64,000 nucleotides of DNA from Acidobacteriota bacterium. GTDB lineage: Bacteria; Acidobacteriota; Vicinamibacteria; Vicinamibacterales; CAVVIG01. Within the stretch, counting starts at the first letter, position 1, and the number at the start of each line of letters is the position of its first letter. Of this stretch, positions 27,905 to 36,724 are shown piece after piece. The DNA is taken from the NCBI GenBank assembly GCA_025358945.1, contig JANYHS010000147.1, forward strand, positions 3,868-67,867. Reading direction: 5' to 3'. A program made the translations under genes and the position numbers. Under the pieces are notes generated by a model. That model was not told where the DNA came from, did not search any database, and worked only from the letters and a program-made list of their open reading frames with translations.

Positions 27905-28441
27905 ATGTCTAAGCGGATTGTTCTCCTCCTGCTGACCCTTGTGGCGTTTGCGAGCGCCGCCCGCGCGCAGTCCCTGGCGGACGTCGCGAAGAAGGAAGAG
28001 GAGCGCCGCAAGACCCTCCCTGCGCCGACGAAGGTCTACACCAACAGGGACCTCAACGCGGTTCCCCCTCCGCCTCCCGCTTCGCCCAAGCCGGCTGACG
28101 CCAGAGATGGCGACAGGGCCGCCAAGGACGCGATCGTCGCGGCCGACAAGGAACCGAAGAAGGATCAGGCGTACTGGGCCGGCCGGCTGAAGAAGCTGCA
28201 GGATCAGCTGGCGCGCGATCAGGACTTCGCCGAGGCGCTGCAGTCCCGCATCAATGGCCTGATGACGGATTTCGTGAACCGCGACGATCCGGCGCAGCGC
28301 GCCGTCATCGAACAGAACCGCTTGAAGGCGGTGGCCGAACTCGCGCGCCTGAACAAGAGCGTGCAGGACACCACGAAGGCGATCGCCGATTTCCAGGAAG
28401 AAGCGCGCCGCGCGGGCGTGCCGCCCGGCTGGCTGCGGTGA
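27905..28441 (+). CDS. secreted coiled-coil protein, function unknown
   Basis: Signal peptide MSKRIVLLLLTLVAFASAARA, then a charged Pro-rich linker and a heptad-like C-terminal half. Coding-type GC3. Confidence 0.5.
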   Translation: MSKRIVLLLLTLVAFASAARAQSLADVAKKEEERRKTLPAPTKVYTNRDLNAVPPPPPASPKPADARDGDRAAKDAIVAADKEPKKDQAYWAGRLKKLQDQLARDQDFAEALQSRINGLMTDFVNRDDPAQRAVIEQNRLKAVAELARLNKSVQDTTKAIADFQEEARRAGVPPGWLR

Positions 28442-28484
28442 CCCTTCGACCACCGCTTCGGATCATCCCGACCACGGTCGAGCG

Positions 28485-29903
28485 ATGAGCGGACGCGCCC
28501 GTCCGAGCGCCGATCCGCCGATCCTGATCGTCGAGGACAGGGATTCGCTCCGCGCCATGCTGCGGCACGCGCTCGAAGCGCAGGGGCATACCGTCGTCGA
28601 AGCCCGCGATCAGCCTGAGGCGGAAGCCGCCCTTGTTGCCACCAATCCCGCGGTCGTCCTCTCCGATCTGCGCCTGACCGAAGGCGATGGATTCGGCGTG
28701 CTGCGCGCGGCGAAAGATCACGACCCGCAGCTTCCGGTGATTGTGATGACCGCCTTTGGCAGCATCCAGGATGCGGTCGCCGCGATGAAAGAAGGGGCGC
28801 TCGACTTTCTCGCCAAGCCGGTCGATCCGGATCATCTGATGCTGATGGTCGAGCGCGCGCTCGGGCAGCGCCGTCTCGCGACCGAGAACATGATCCTGAA
28901 GGACGAGCTCGCGCAGCGCCGCGGCGCACCGCACATCGTCGGTGACGATGCGAAGTTGAAGCAGGTGTCGCAGTCGCTGCATCGCGCGGCTGCAACGGAT
29001 ACGACCGTGCTGCTCGAAGGTGAAAGCGGCACCGGCAAGGAACTGTTCGCGCGCGCGTTGCACGCGCTCAGTCCGCGGAACGACGGTCCATTCGTGGCGA
29101 TCAACTGCGCGGCGATTCCCGAAACGCTGCTGGAGACCGAACTCTTTGGCTATGAGAAGGGCGCGTTCACGGGAGCCGGTCAGCGCAAGCCGGGGAAGTT
29201 CGAGCTCGCGCACCGGGGCACGTTGTTCCTCGACGAAATCGGCGATCTGCCGCTGTCGCTCCAACCGAAGATTCTCCGCGCGCTCGAGGAGAAACGGTTC
29301 GAGCGCGTGGGCGGCACGGCGACGCTGCAGGTGGACGTTCGCGTCGTCGCGGCGACCAATCGCAATCTGAAGGCAGCGGTGGCGGCGCGGCAGTATCGCG
29401 AGGATCTGTTCTTCCGTCTGTCGGTGTTTCCGATCCTGATCCCGCCGCTGCGCGACCGGCCAGGCGACATCCCGATGCTGGCGCGCTACTTCATGGAGAA
29501 GTTCTGCCGCGATCTGAACAAGAAGCCGCTCGCGTTGTCGCCGGCGGCGGAAGAGGAACTGTGCGCCTACGCCTGGCCGGGCAACGTGCGCGAGTTGCAG
29601 AACTGCATCGAGCGGGCAGCGATTCTCACGGAGGGGGAGACCATCCATCCGCGTCATCTGAACCTGTCGTTCCGCGGACCGACGCTCGCGGCGCCGGCCG
29701 ACGAGGACGGTGGACCGTGGTCGAGGATTGATCTCTCGGGCACGCTAGCCGAGGCTTCGCGGCGGACGCTGCTCGAGGTTGAACGGCGCAAGATCGAGCA
29801 GGCGTTGACGGAAGCCGGGGGGAATCACGGCCGCGCCGCCGAAATCCTGCAGATCGGCTACAAGACGTTCACCGCGAAGCTCAGGGAACACAGGCTTGAG
29901 TAA
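28485..29903 (+). CDS. sigma54-dependent Fis-family response regulator (NtrC-type EBP)
   Basis: Receiver domain (ILIVEDRD...DLRLTEGDG), AAA+ domain with GESGTGKE and GAFTGA, and a C-terminal HTH ([21 protein letters not shown]). Confidence 0.9.
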   Translation: MSGRARPSADPPILIVEDRDSLRAMLRHALEAQGHTVVEARDQPEAEAALVATNPAVVLSDLRLTEGDGFGVLRAAKDHDPQLPVIVMTAFGSIQDAVAAMKEGALDFLAKPVDPDHLMLMVERALGQRRLATENMILKDELAQRRGAPHIVGDDAKLKQVSQSLHRAAATDTTVLLEGESGTGKELFARALHALSPRNDGPFVAINCAAIPETLLETELFGYEKGAFTGAGQRKPGKFELAHRGTLFLDEIGDLPLSLQPKILRALEEKRFERVGGTATLQVDVRVVAATNRNLKAAVAARQYREDLFFRLSVFPILIPPLRDRPGDIPMLARYFMEKFCRDLNKKPLALSPAAEEELCAYAWPGNVRELQNCIERAAILTEGETIHPRHLNLSFRGPTLAAPADEDGGPWSRIDLSGTLAEASRRTLLEVERRKIEQALTEAGGNHGRAAEILQIGYKTFTAKLREHRLE

Positions 29904-29943
29904 TCTGAGGATCGATTCCTCGAATCCTTCGATCTGAAGATTT

Positions 29944-31029
29944 CTAATTTCCCGCTCCGATACTCTTCAATGCGGAGCGCAGTTCCCCTTCCTTCACATC
30001 ATCCACAATAGTCGTCGCGCCGATGGCGATCGGCAGTACGAAATGCAGCCGGCCGGCGACGACTTTCTTGTCGTGCTTCATGGCCTCGAGCATGTCTGAG
30101 GCGGAGAGATCCGCGATCGGTGGCAGCGGGCCGAGACTGGCGATCAGGTCCGCCAGCGCCTGCTGATCCTGTTCAGCCAGTGCGCCGCGCGCTCTCGCGA
30201 GTTCCGCGGCCACCAGCATGCCGTAGCCGACGGCTTCGCCATGACGAAAGCGCCGGAACCTGGTGATCGCCTCCAGCGCGTGGCCAGCGGTGTGGCCGAA
30301 GTTCAGGATGCGGCGCTGTCCGGCCTCGTGCTCGTCGGCGGCGACGATGTCGCCCTTGATTCGGCACGCCTCGGTAATGATCGGCATCAACGCGTCCTCC
30401 GAGCGCGCGAAGATCGCCTTCCGTTCGCGCGCGACACGCGCGAACAGTGATGCGCTCGACGTCATGCCGTACTTGATCACTTCGTACAGCCCCGCGCGGA
30501 ACTCGCGGCGCGACAGCGTGCCGAGCACCAGCGGATCGATGATCACCGCGTGCGGCTGATAGAACGCGCCGATCAGGTTCTTGCCGAGCGGGTGGTTGAC
30601 GCCGACCTTGCCGCCAATCGCGCTGTCCACCTGCGCCAGCAGGGTGGTCGGAACATGGACAAGCGCAATGCCCCGGAGATAGGAGGCTGCCGCGAATCCC
30701 GCCATGTCGCCGATGACGCCGCCGCCGAACGTAATGATCGCTGACGCCCGGTCGGCGCTGGCGCGGACGAGCGCGTCGTAAATGCGCGACACGGTCGAGA
30801 GCTGCTTGAACCGCTCGCCGTCGGGCACCAGGATCGGCTCCGCACCGCCGACCGCGCGCGCGAACTGAGGACCGTGGAGACGCCACACCAGCGGGCTGGA
30901 CACCACGAAGCGGCGCGCCGGCGTCCCGATCTCGTCGAGCATCGGCCCGACGCGGTCGAGGGCGCCGCCGCCGATCGTCACCGCGTACGCGCGGGACGGC
31001 GTGGGAACGTTGATGCGGACAGGATCCAT
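29944..31029 (-). CDS. aroB: 3-dehydroquinate synthase
   Basis: Contains GGGVIGDMAGFAAASYLRGI, VPTTLLAQVDSAIGGKVGVN and LNFGHTAGHALE. Start trimmed to the ATG at 31029. Confidence 0.9.
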   Translation of the reverse strand: MDPVRINVPTPSRAYAVTIGGGALDRVGPMLDEIGTPARRFVVSSPLVWRLHGPQFARAVGGAEPILVPDGERFKQLSTVSRIYDALVRASADRASAIITFGGGVIGDMAGFAAASYLRGIALVHVPTTLLAQVDSAIGGKVGVNHPLGKNLIGAFYQPHAVIIDPLVLGTLSRREFRAGLYEVIKYGMTSSASLFARVARERKAIFARSEDALMPIITEACRIKGDIVAADEHEAGQRRILNFGHTAGHALEAITRFRRFRHGEAVGYGMLVAAELARARGALAEQDQQALADLIASLGPLPPIADLSASDMLEAMKHDKKVVAGRLHFVLPIAIGATTIVDDVKEGELRSALKSIGAGN

Positions 31030-31031
31030 CA

Positions 31032-31060
31032 GATGCGGATGGTAGAATAGCATCCGCATC
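31032..31060. promoter_or_regulatory. perfect 10-bp inverted repeat in the aroB/proS divergent spacer
   Basis: GATGCGGATG (31032-41), 9-nt centre gtagaatag containing TAGAAT, then CATCCGCATC (31051-60). Confidence 0.4.
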
Positions 31061-31067
31061 CAAGATC

Positions 31068-32534
31068 ATGGCCAAACAAGACAAACCCAAAGACGGCAAA
31101 GACTCTTTTGTCACCGAAATCACGCCACGCTCGCAGGACTTCTCGAAGTGGTATCTCGACGTGGTCCGCCGCGCGGAACTCGCCGACTACTCGCCGGTCA
31201 AGGGTTGCATGGTCATCCGGCCGTACGGCTATGCGATCTGGGAGCTGATTCAGCAGGCGTTCGACGCCGAGTTCAAGCGGACCGGACATGTCAACGCGTA
31301 CTTCCCGCTGTTCATTCCCGAGAGCCTGCTGAACAAAGAGGCCGAGCACGTCGAGGGCTTCGCACCTCAGGTGGCCTACGTCACGCACGGCGGCGGCGAA
31401 GAGCTTGAAGAGAAGCTGGTCGTCCGTCCGACATCGGAAGCCATCATCGGGACGATGTACGCCAAGTGGGTGCAGTCGTGGCGCGACCTGCCGATCCTGA
31501 TCAACCAGTGGGCGAACGTCGTGCGCTGGGAGAAAGTGACGCGGCCGTTCCTGCGTACGACCGAGTTCCTCTGGCAGGAAGGCCACACGGCGCACGAGAC
31601 GCACGAGGAGGCAGAGGCGGAGACGCTGATGATCCTCGACCTCTACGCGGCCACGTCCGAGCGCGTGCTCGCCATGCCGGTGGTCAAAGGGCAGAAGAGC
31701 GAGAGCGAGAAGTTTGCCGGCGCGTATCGCACGTATTCGATCGAGGCGCTGATGGGTGACGGCCGCGCGCTGCAGGCCGGGACGTCGCACGACCTCGGCC
31801 AGAATTTCGCAAAGGCGTTCGACATCACGTTCCAGGCGCGCGACAAAAGCGTCCAGCACGTGTGGGGCACGTCGTGGGGCGTGTCGACTCGTCTGGTCGG
31901 CGGCGTCATCATGACCCACGGTGACGACAGCGGCCTCGTGCTGCCGCCCAACGTCGCGCCGTTCCAGGTCGTGATCGTGCCGATCGGCCGCGACAACTGG
32001 CGCGAGACCGTGCTGCCGCGCGCGAAGGAGATTCAGGCTGAACTCGCGGCCGCCGGCATCCGCGTGACCCTCGACGAGCGCGAGGAACGGCCAGGCTGGA
32101 AGTTCGCCGAGTGGGAACTGCGCGGTGTGCCGATTCGCCTCGAGATCGGACCCAAGGACATCGAGAAATCGGCCGTCATGATCGCGCGGCGCGACACGCG
32201 CGAGAAGCAAAGCCTCTCGATGGAGGGGCTGCCGGCGCAGCTGCGTACACTGCTCGATGCGATCCAGAAGAACCTGTTCGAGAAAGCCGTCGCGTTTCGC
32301 GACGAGCACACGCAACGCGTGGCGACCTATGGCGAGTTCAAGCAAGTACTGGAAGGGCGCCCCGGCTTCGTGATTGCACCGTGGTGCGGGTCCGCCGAGT
32401 GCGAGGCGCAGATCAAGGTCGAGACGCAGGCGACGATCCGCAACATGCCGATTGGCGGCGCCGCGCCGTCAGGCCACTGCATCCGTTGCGACCAGCCGGC
32501 CGCTGCCGAAGCCTGGTTCGCGAAGAGCTACTAG
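31068..32534 (+). CDS. proS: proline--tRNA ligase (archaeal/eukaryote-like type)
   Basis: 488 aa. Contains FSKWYLDVVRRAELADYSPVKGCMVIRPYGYAIWE, the class II motifs, and a C-terminal zinc-binding region ending ...WFAKSY. Confidence 0.95.
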   Translation: MAKQDKPKDGKDSFVTEITPRSQDFSKWYLDVVRRAELADYSPVKGCMVIRPYGYAIWELIQQAFDAEFKRTGHVNAYFPLFIPESLLNKEAEHVEGFAPQVAYVTHGGGEELEEKLVVRPTSEAIIGTMYAKWVQSWRDLPILINQWANVVRWEKVTRPFLRTTEFLWQEGHTAHETHEEAEAETLMILDLYAATSERVLAMPVVKGQKSESEKFAGAYRTYSIEALMGDGRALQAGTSHDLGQNFAKAFDITFQARDKSVQHVWGTSWGVSTRLVGGVIMTHGDDSGLVLPPNVAPFQVVIVPIGRDNWRETVLPRAKEIQAELAAAGIRVTLDEREERPGWKFAEWELRGVPIRLEIGPKDIEKSAVMIARRDTREKQSLSMEGLPAQLRTLLDAIQKNLFEKAVAFRDEHTQRVATYGEFKQVLEGRPGFVIAPWCGSAECEAQIKVETQATIRNMPIGGAAPSGHCIRCDQPAAAEAWFAKSY

Positions 32535-32547
32535 CGGTACGAAGGGC

Positions 32548-33567
32548 TCAGCGCTTGGAGCTGAGGGCTTCGACGACCGCCGGCCACCGCTTTTCGATCT
32601 TCTTCATGATCGCGTGGCGTCGCGTCAGCTTCTCACGTGCGACGATCGTCCGGAAGGCGTCAGCGAGGTGCTGGCGCCACCACGAGTCTTTCGCGCGCGC
32701 ATACGCCCCCACGATGGCTTCGATGCACGACGAGTCCCCGATCAGCGAGAGCGCCGTCAGGAATTCCACCGGCAGCGGGGCGGCCGCGCCTTCAATCGAT
32801 TCGCGGAGATCGTATAGCGCCACGCGGCTGCCGCGATGGGCGAGCGCGACGTGCGCGGCGGCGCGTGCCTGCGTCCAGGCTCCCCGTCCGGCCACGGACT
32901 CCGAGGCTTCCCGCTCGCGCACCCGTTCGATGATGCGCAGCAATACCGGCAGGGCCGCGGTGCGGCCTGATCGGCCGATCGCGTGCCTGAGGGGGTCGGG
33001 ATCGGCCGGGAGACCCGCGTGAGCCGCGCGGATGACCGTCGCGGCCGGGTCTTCTGCAGTGCCGGCGGCTCGTCCAGTTTTCATCGCGGCTTCCGCGCGG
33101 ATCGCTGCGCTGGGATCGTCTGCCAGCGAGGTGAGGATCGGTGCGATCGTTGCCGCGTCGAGGTCACACAGCGCTCTGAGCGCCGTCAGCCGAAGCTCTT
33201 CAGGACGCGCGCGATCGAGCAGGACGGAGGCCAGCCGGTCGACCGCATTGGCGCCATGCGCTCCGCGCAGATGCGCGCGTGCGACACCGATGGCGGTCAC
33301 GCCAATCGCTTGCGCGAGCCCGGCGTCCGCGAGGGCATCCAGCGCCGGCTGCAGCGCTCGAGGATCGCCGATCGCGTCGAGCGCACGCCATGCGCCAGCA
33401 CGCGCGCCGGCGTCACCCGACGTGGCTGCGGCGATGAGCCGATCCACCGCCCGCGCGCCAAGCACCGCCAGGCGCGCGATGGCGGTCTCCTGCGCAACGG
33501 CGTCAGCCGCGCTCAGTCCGGCGATCAGCGTATCGATTTGTCTGGATGAAGAGGCCTTGATGGCCAA
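32548..33567 (-). CDS. HEAT/armadillo-like repeat protein, function unknown
   Basis: 339 aa of Ala/Leu/Arg-rich helical repeats with recurring A..AL..IGDPRA-type HEAT motifs. TTG start. Confidence 0.55.
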   Translation of the reverse strand: MAIKASSSRQIDTLIAGLSAADAVAQETAIARLAVLGARAVDRLIAAATSGDAGARAGAWRALDAIGDPRALQPALDALADAGLAQAIGVTAIGVARAHLRGAHGANAVDRLASVLLDRARPEELRLTALRALCDLDAATIAPILTSLADDPSAAIRAEAAMKTGRAAGTAEDPAATVIRAAHAGLPADPDPLRHAIGRSGRTAALPVLLRIIERVREREASESVAGRGAWTQARAAAHVALAHRGSRVALYDLRESIEGAAAPLPVEFLTALSLIGDSSCIEAIVGAYARAKDSWWRQHLADAFRTIVAREKLTRRHAIMKKIEKRWPAVVEALSSKR

Positions 33568-33591
33568 GGGGTGATTCTAGCAACGATCGAA

Positions 33592-33669
33592 GGGAAAAAC
33601 CGCGGAGAGCGGCGAGTCCGGAGAGAAAGATGATCTCAGCGAACTCTGCGTTCTCCGCGGTTTGTTCCC
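33592..33669 (-). terminator. long-loop stem structure immediately after the OmpA-like gene stop
   Basis: 11-bp perfect arms AACCGCGGAGA (33598-608) / TCTCCGCGGTT (33652-62), extended by GGGAA/TTCCC. On the minus strand the distal arm runs into TTTTT. Confidence 0.4.
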
Positions 33670-35393
33670 TATCGCAGATTGACGACGAGCGCGGCGCGGC
33701 GATTGAGCCGGCGCGTTTCTTCCCGCGCGTTGTCGTACTTCGGCCGCTCCTCACCGTAGCTGACCGTGTGCAGCCGCTCGGCGCCGACACCGCGGCTGGA
33801 CAGATAGTCGCGTACCGCGGTCGCGCGGCGATCGCCCAGCGCGAGGTTGTATTCGGCCGTGCCGATGTTGCAGGTATGCCCTTCGATCTCGAGCCTGAGC
33901 GTCGGCGTCGCGCGCATGGCCGCGATCGCTTCGTCGAGCACGCGCGTCGCTTCCGGGCGCAGCGAGTAGCGGTCGAAGTCGAAGTAGACGTCCTCGAAGA
34001 CGTACTGCTGCTGGATGACTGGCGCCGCGATGACCTGGATGTTCACCGTGTCGGTGGCCGTCAGGTTGTCGGCCGCACACATCGCCGTCACGGTCACCGG
34101 GACATTTCCGGTCGTGCCGGGCGCGGTCCAGACCGTCGAACGCGCGGTGACCTGGGCAAAGGTGCCGGTCGTGGCGCTCCACCGGTACGTCACCTGGCAG
34201 GAGTTCGACGACTGCGCGGTCGCGGTAACCGTCGAGGTTTTCAGCACTTCCACCGTGCATGGATCGCAGGCGGCCTTCACTGTGAGCGTGGGCCGTGCCG
34301 GCGCAACCGGTTGCGGTGTCGCCGGCGGCACCGGCGCGACGTAGACGCGCACGCCCGGGTGGAACCCGATCCGGAACTGCATGTCGTAGTAGTCACCGGT
34401 CACGCTCGGCTCGTCCGTGAACGATCCGTTGCGTCCCAGGGTCGGCATGTTCCAGCTCACGCCGCCGCTGGCGAAGAATCCGTTTTTCGCCTGGAAGGTG
34501 AGACCAAGAGTCGCGCGCGAGATGTTCTCCGTCGCTGACGTGAGCGGCGCGCGGCTCAAATCGCTGCCGATGACCGACGTGCCGGTGATCGTCACGGAGT
34601 CTTTCGACGCAACGTCGCCGCTGAGCTCGGCGTTCACCCGCAGCATGCTGCGCGACGGGAACGCGGCGCCCGCGCCCCAACGGAACGCACCGGTCGGCGC
34701 GTCGAAGCCGTCCGGGCTGCCGCGGAACTCGTAGCCGCCGTACCCCGACAGGTCGATCTTCTTTGCGGCTTCCTTGCTGACGATGAAGTCGATACCGATG
34801 TCTGGTTTGCCGGTGGTGACGCCCGCGTCCAGCTTGCCAGTGGGAATCTTGGCGGTGGCGCGGATCGCGATCGCCGCAGGATTCTGCCGGAACTCGGACC
34901 AGAGGTTGACCTTCGCGCCGATGTACAGGTCGCCGATGTTATCGCCGGTCCACTGCCTGTTCACCCGCGGATAGCGATCGATGACGCCGCCAAAGCTCGG
35001 GTCGCTGGTGAACAGCGGGCGGATGTCGCGATCGATCCGGGTGTCGACGAGGAACGAGCCGAAGATTTCAGCGCGGTCCTTGATGCCGTATGCGAACGTG
35101 CCGGCAAAGTCGGCCACGTTGGTGTAGCCCTGGATCCAGTTGGTGCCGCGCCGGTACCCGCTCACCGACCACTTGCCGTTGGCCAGCACTTCGCCGGTGG
35201 GGACGTACCACAGCCCGGTATCACCGAAGAACGTCGTGGTCGCAGACCGCGTCGCCGTGTCGGCAGACGAGCTGGACGGCGAAGCCGCTGCCGGCGTGGA
35301 CGGTGTGGACGAGGAGGCCGGAGTTTGTCCGAGGGCTGCTGTCGAAAGTGTGAGGCAGGCAGCCGCAAGGATTGAGGTTCGAATCGCAGTCAT
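33669..35393 (-). CDS. OmpA-family outer-membrane protein (N-terminal barrel, Ig-like middle, C-terminal OmpA domain)
   Basis: Signal peptide MTAIRTSILAAACLTLSTAALG. The C-terminus VYFDFDRYSLRPEA...LEIEGHTCNIGTAEYNLALGDRRATAVRDYL is a classical OmpA peptidoglycan-binding domain. Confidence 0.8.
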   Translation of the reverse strand: MTAIRTSILAAACLTLSTAALGQTPASSSTPSTPAAASPSSSSADTATRSATTTFFGDTGLWYVPTGEVLANGKWSVSGYRRGTNWIQGYTNVADFAGTFAYGIKDRAEIFGSFLVDTRIDRDIRPLFTSDPSFGGVIDRYPRVNRQWTGDNIGDLYIGAKVNLWSEFRQNPAAIAIRATAKIPTGKLDAGVTTGKPDIGIDFIVSKEAAKKIDLSGYGGYEFRGSPDGFDAPTGAFRWGAGAAFPSRSMLRVNAELSGDVASKDSVTITGTSVIGSDLSRAPLTSATENISRATLGLTFQAKNGFFASGGVSWNMPTLGRNGSFTDEPSVTGDYYDMQFRIGFHPGVRVYVAPVPPATPQPVAPARPTLTVKAACDPCTVEVLKTSTVTATAQSSNSCQVTYRWSATTGTFAQVTARSTVWTAPGTTGNVPVTVTAMCAADNLTATDTVNIQVIAAPVIQQQYVFEDVYFDFDRYSLRPEATRVLDEAIAAMRATPTLRLEIEGHTCNIGTAEYNLALGDRRATAVRDYLSSRGVGAERLHTVSYGEERPKYDNAREETRRLNRRAALVVNLR

Positions 35394-35481
35394 CAAGGCA
35401 GTACCTCCCGCGGTACAAGCAAAAGCTCAGCTATTATGCTACGGCCGAGCTGTACTTGAAGTCAATCAACGACTTGCGGAC

Positions 35482-36303
35482 TTAGCTCGCCTCGGCCTTG
35501 GGGGCCTTGAGGCGTTTCGGCCCGACGACCCACGCGATGATGATGCTGATGATGTACAGGATGACCATCGGCGCCGCAAAAATGGTCTGGGTCATCATGT
35601 CGCCGCTCGGGGTGACGACGGCGGCGATGACGAAGATGATCAGGAACGCGTATTTGAAGTTCACCAGCAGGAACCGCGCGGTGATCATCTTCATCTTCGC
35701 GAGGAAGAACACCACGGTCGGCATCTGAAACACGAGGCCCATGCCGAGCAACATCTTCGTGTACAGCCCGAACGTGTCCTCAAGCCTCGGCATGAACGAC
35801 AGGTCCGGCGAGTCGAAGCTGGCAAAGAACGCCATCATGAACGGGAACGCGATGTAGTGGTTGAACGCCGCGCCGCCGACAAAGCCGATCGTTGTGAACA
35901 GGACAAACGGAATCGCGAGCCGCTTCTCCTTCGAGTACAACCCGGGCGCAATGAACTTCCACAGCTGATACATGATGAACGGCGTGGCGAGCACGATGCC
36001 CATGATCAGCGCGATCTGCACGTAGAGCGAGAACGCTTCGCCCGGCTCCGTGTAGATCATCTTCACGCCGGGCGGAAGCGCGCGGCGCGTCGGCGCGAGG
36101 ATGAAGTCGACAATGCGGTTGATGAACGCAAAGCCGATCACGACGCCGGCTGCAATCGCGAGCGCAGAGTTGACGATACGTTTCCGGAGCTCGTCGAGAT
36201 GCTCCAGAAACGACATCTTTCCCGCGGCCGGGCTGTCGTCGTCTTCGTCCGGTGGAAGCGGAAGAGCCCCCGACTGGGGGCTCGGGAACGGCACGAGGGC
36301 CAT
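35482..36303 (-). CDS. tatC: twin-arginine translocase subunit TatC
   Basis: 273 aa. Contains MSFLEHLDELRKRIV and six TM helices, directly downstream of tatA. Confidence 0.9.
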   Translation of the reverse strand: MALVPFPSPQSGALPLPPDEDDDSPAAGKMSFLEHLDELRKRIVNSALAIAAGVVIGFAFINRIVDFILAPTRRALPPGVKMIYTEPGEAFSLYVQIALIMGIVLATPFIMYQLWKFIAPGLYSKEKRLAIPFVLFTTIGFVGGAAFNHYIAFPFMMAFFASFDSPDLSFMPRLEDTFGLYTKMLLGMGLVFQMPTVVFFLAKMKMITARFLLVNFKYAFLIIFVIAAVVTPSGDMMTQTIFAAPMVILYIISIIIAWVVGPKRLKAPKAEAS

Positions 36304-36315
36304 GGGTCGCGGCGC

Positions 36316-36603
36316 TTACGCGCTCTGGTCGACCTTCCGCACCGGCACGGTTTCTTCGTGTGGGATTGCCGCAGCAGGCGCCGGCGCCGGGGTCGCGGCC
36401 TTCGAGGCCTCAATCGTCGAGCGCTGCTCTTCCATGCGGATTTCTTCTTCGAGCGTGCTCTTGAGCTCGTTCGAGGCCTTCTTGAATTCGGCGATGCTCT
36501 TGCCGAGCGATCGGCCCAACTCCGGGAGCTTTCTGGGTCCGAAGATGATCAGCGCGATCACGAAAATGATGATCAGCTCCGGCATTCCGATAGAACCAAA
36601 CAT
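36316..36603 (-). CDS. tatA: twin-arginine translocase subunit TatA/E
   Basis: MFGSIGMPELIIIFVIALIIFGPRKLPELGRSLGKSIAEFKKA. AGGAG Shine-Dalgarno 5 nt upstream. Start trimmed to the ATG at 36603. Confidence 0.85.
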   Translation of the reverse strand: MFGSIGMPELIIIFVIALIIFGPRKLPELGRSLGKSIAEFKKASNELKSTLEEEIRMEEQRSTIEASKAATPAPAPAAAIPHEETVPVRKVDQSA

Positions 36604-36645
36604 GTGACTCCTGCTTTCTCTAACAAACGCGGTGCGGCTGTTGTC

Positions 36646-36675
36646 ATTATAGGAACGTGTTCCCGGCGGGGTCAA
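36646..36675 (-). promoter_or_regulatory. tatA promoter candidate (TTGACC-18-TATAAT)
   Basis: On the minus strand, TTGACC at 36675-36670 and TATAAT at 36651-36646. The spacer contains the palindrome GGAACGTGTTCC (36652-36663). Confidence 0.5.
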
Positions 36676-36724
36676 GGAGTTAAGTCGTTGCTCGATAAGG
36701 AAGTTATCTGTTAGGATCCCCTCC

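Noticed and set aside
35376-35385. GGTTCGAATC T-loop-like word (possible tRNA)
   Set aside because: The flanking bases cannot form a T-stem or acceptor stem. The word lies in the signal-peptide codons of the OmpA-like gene.
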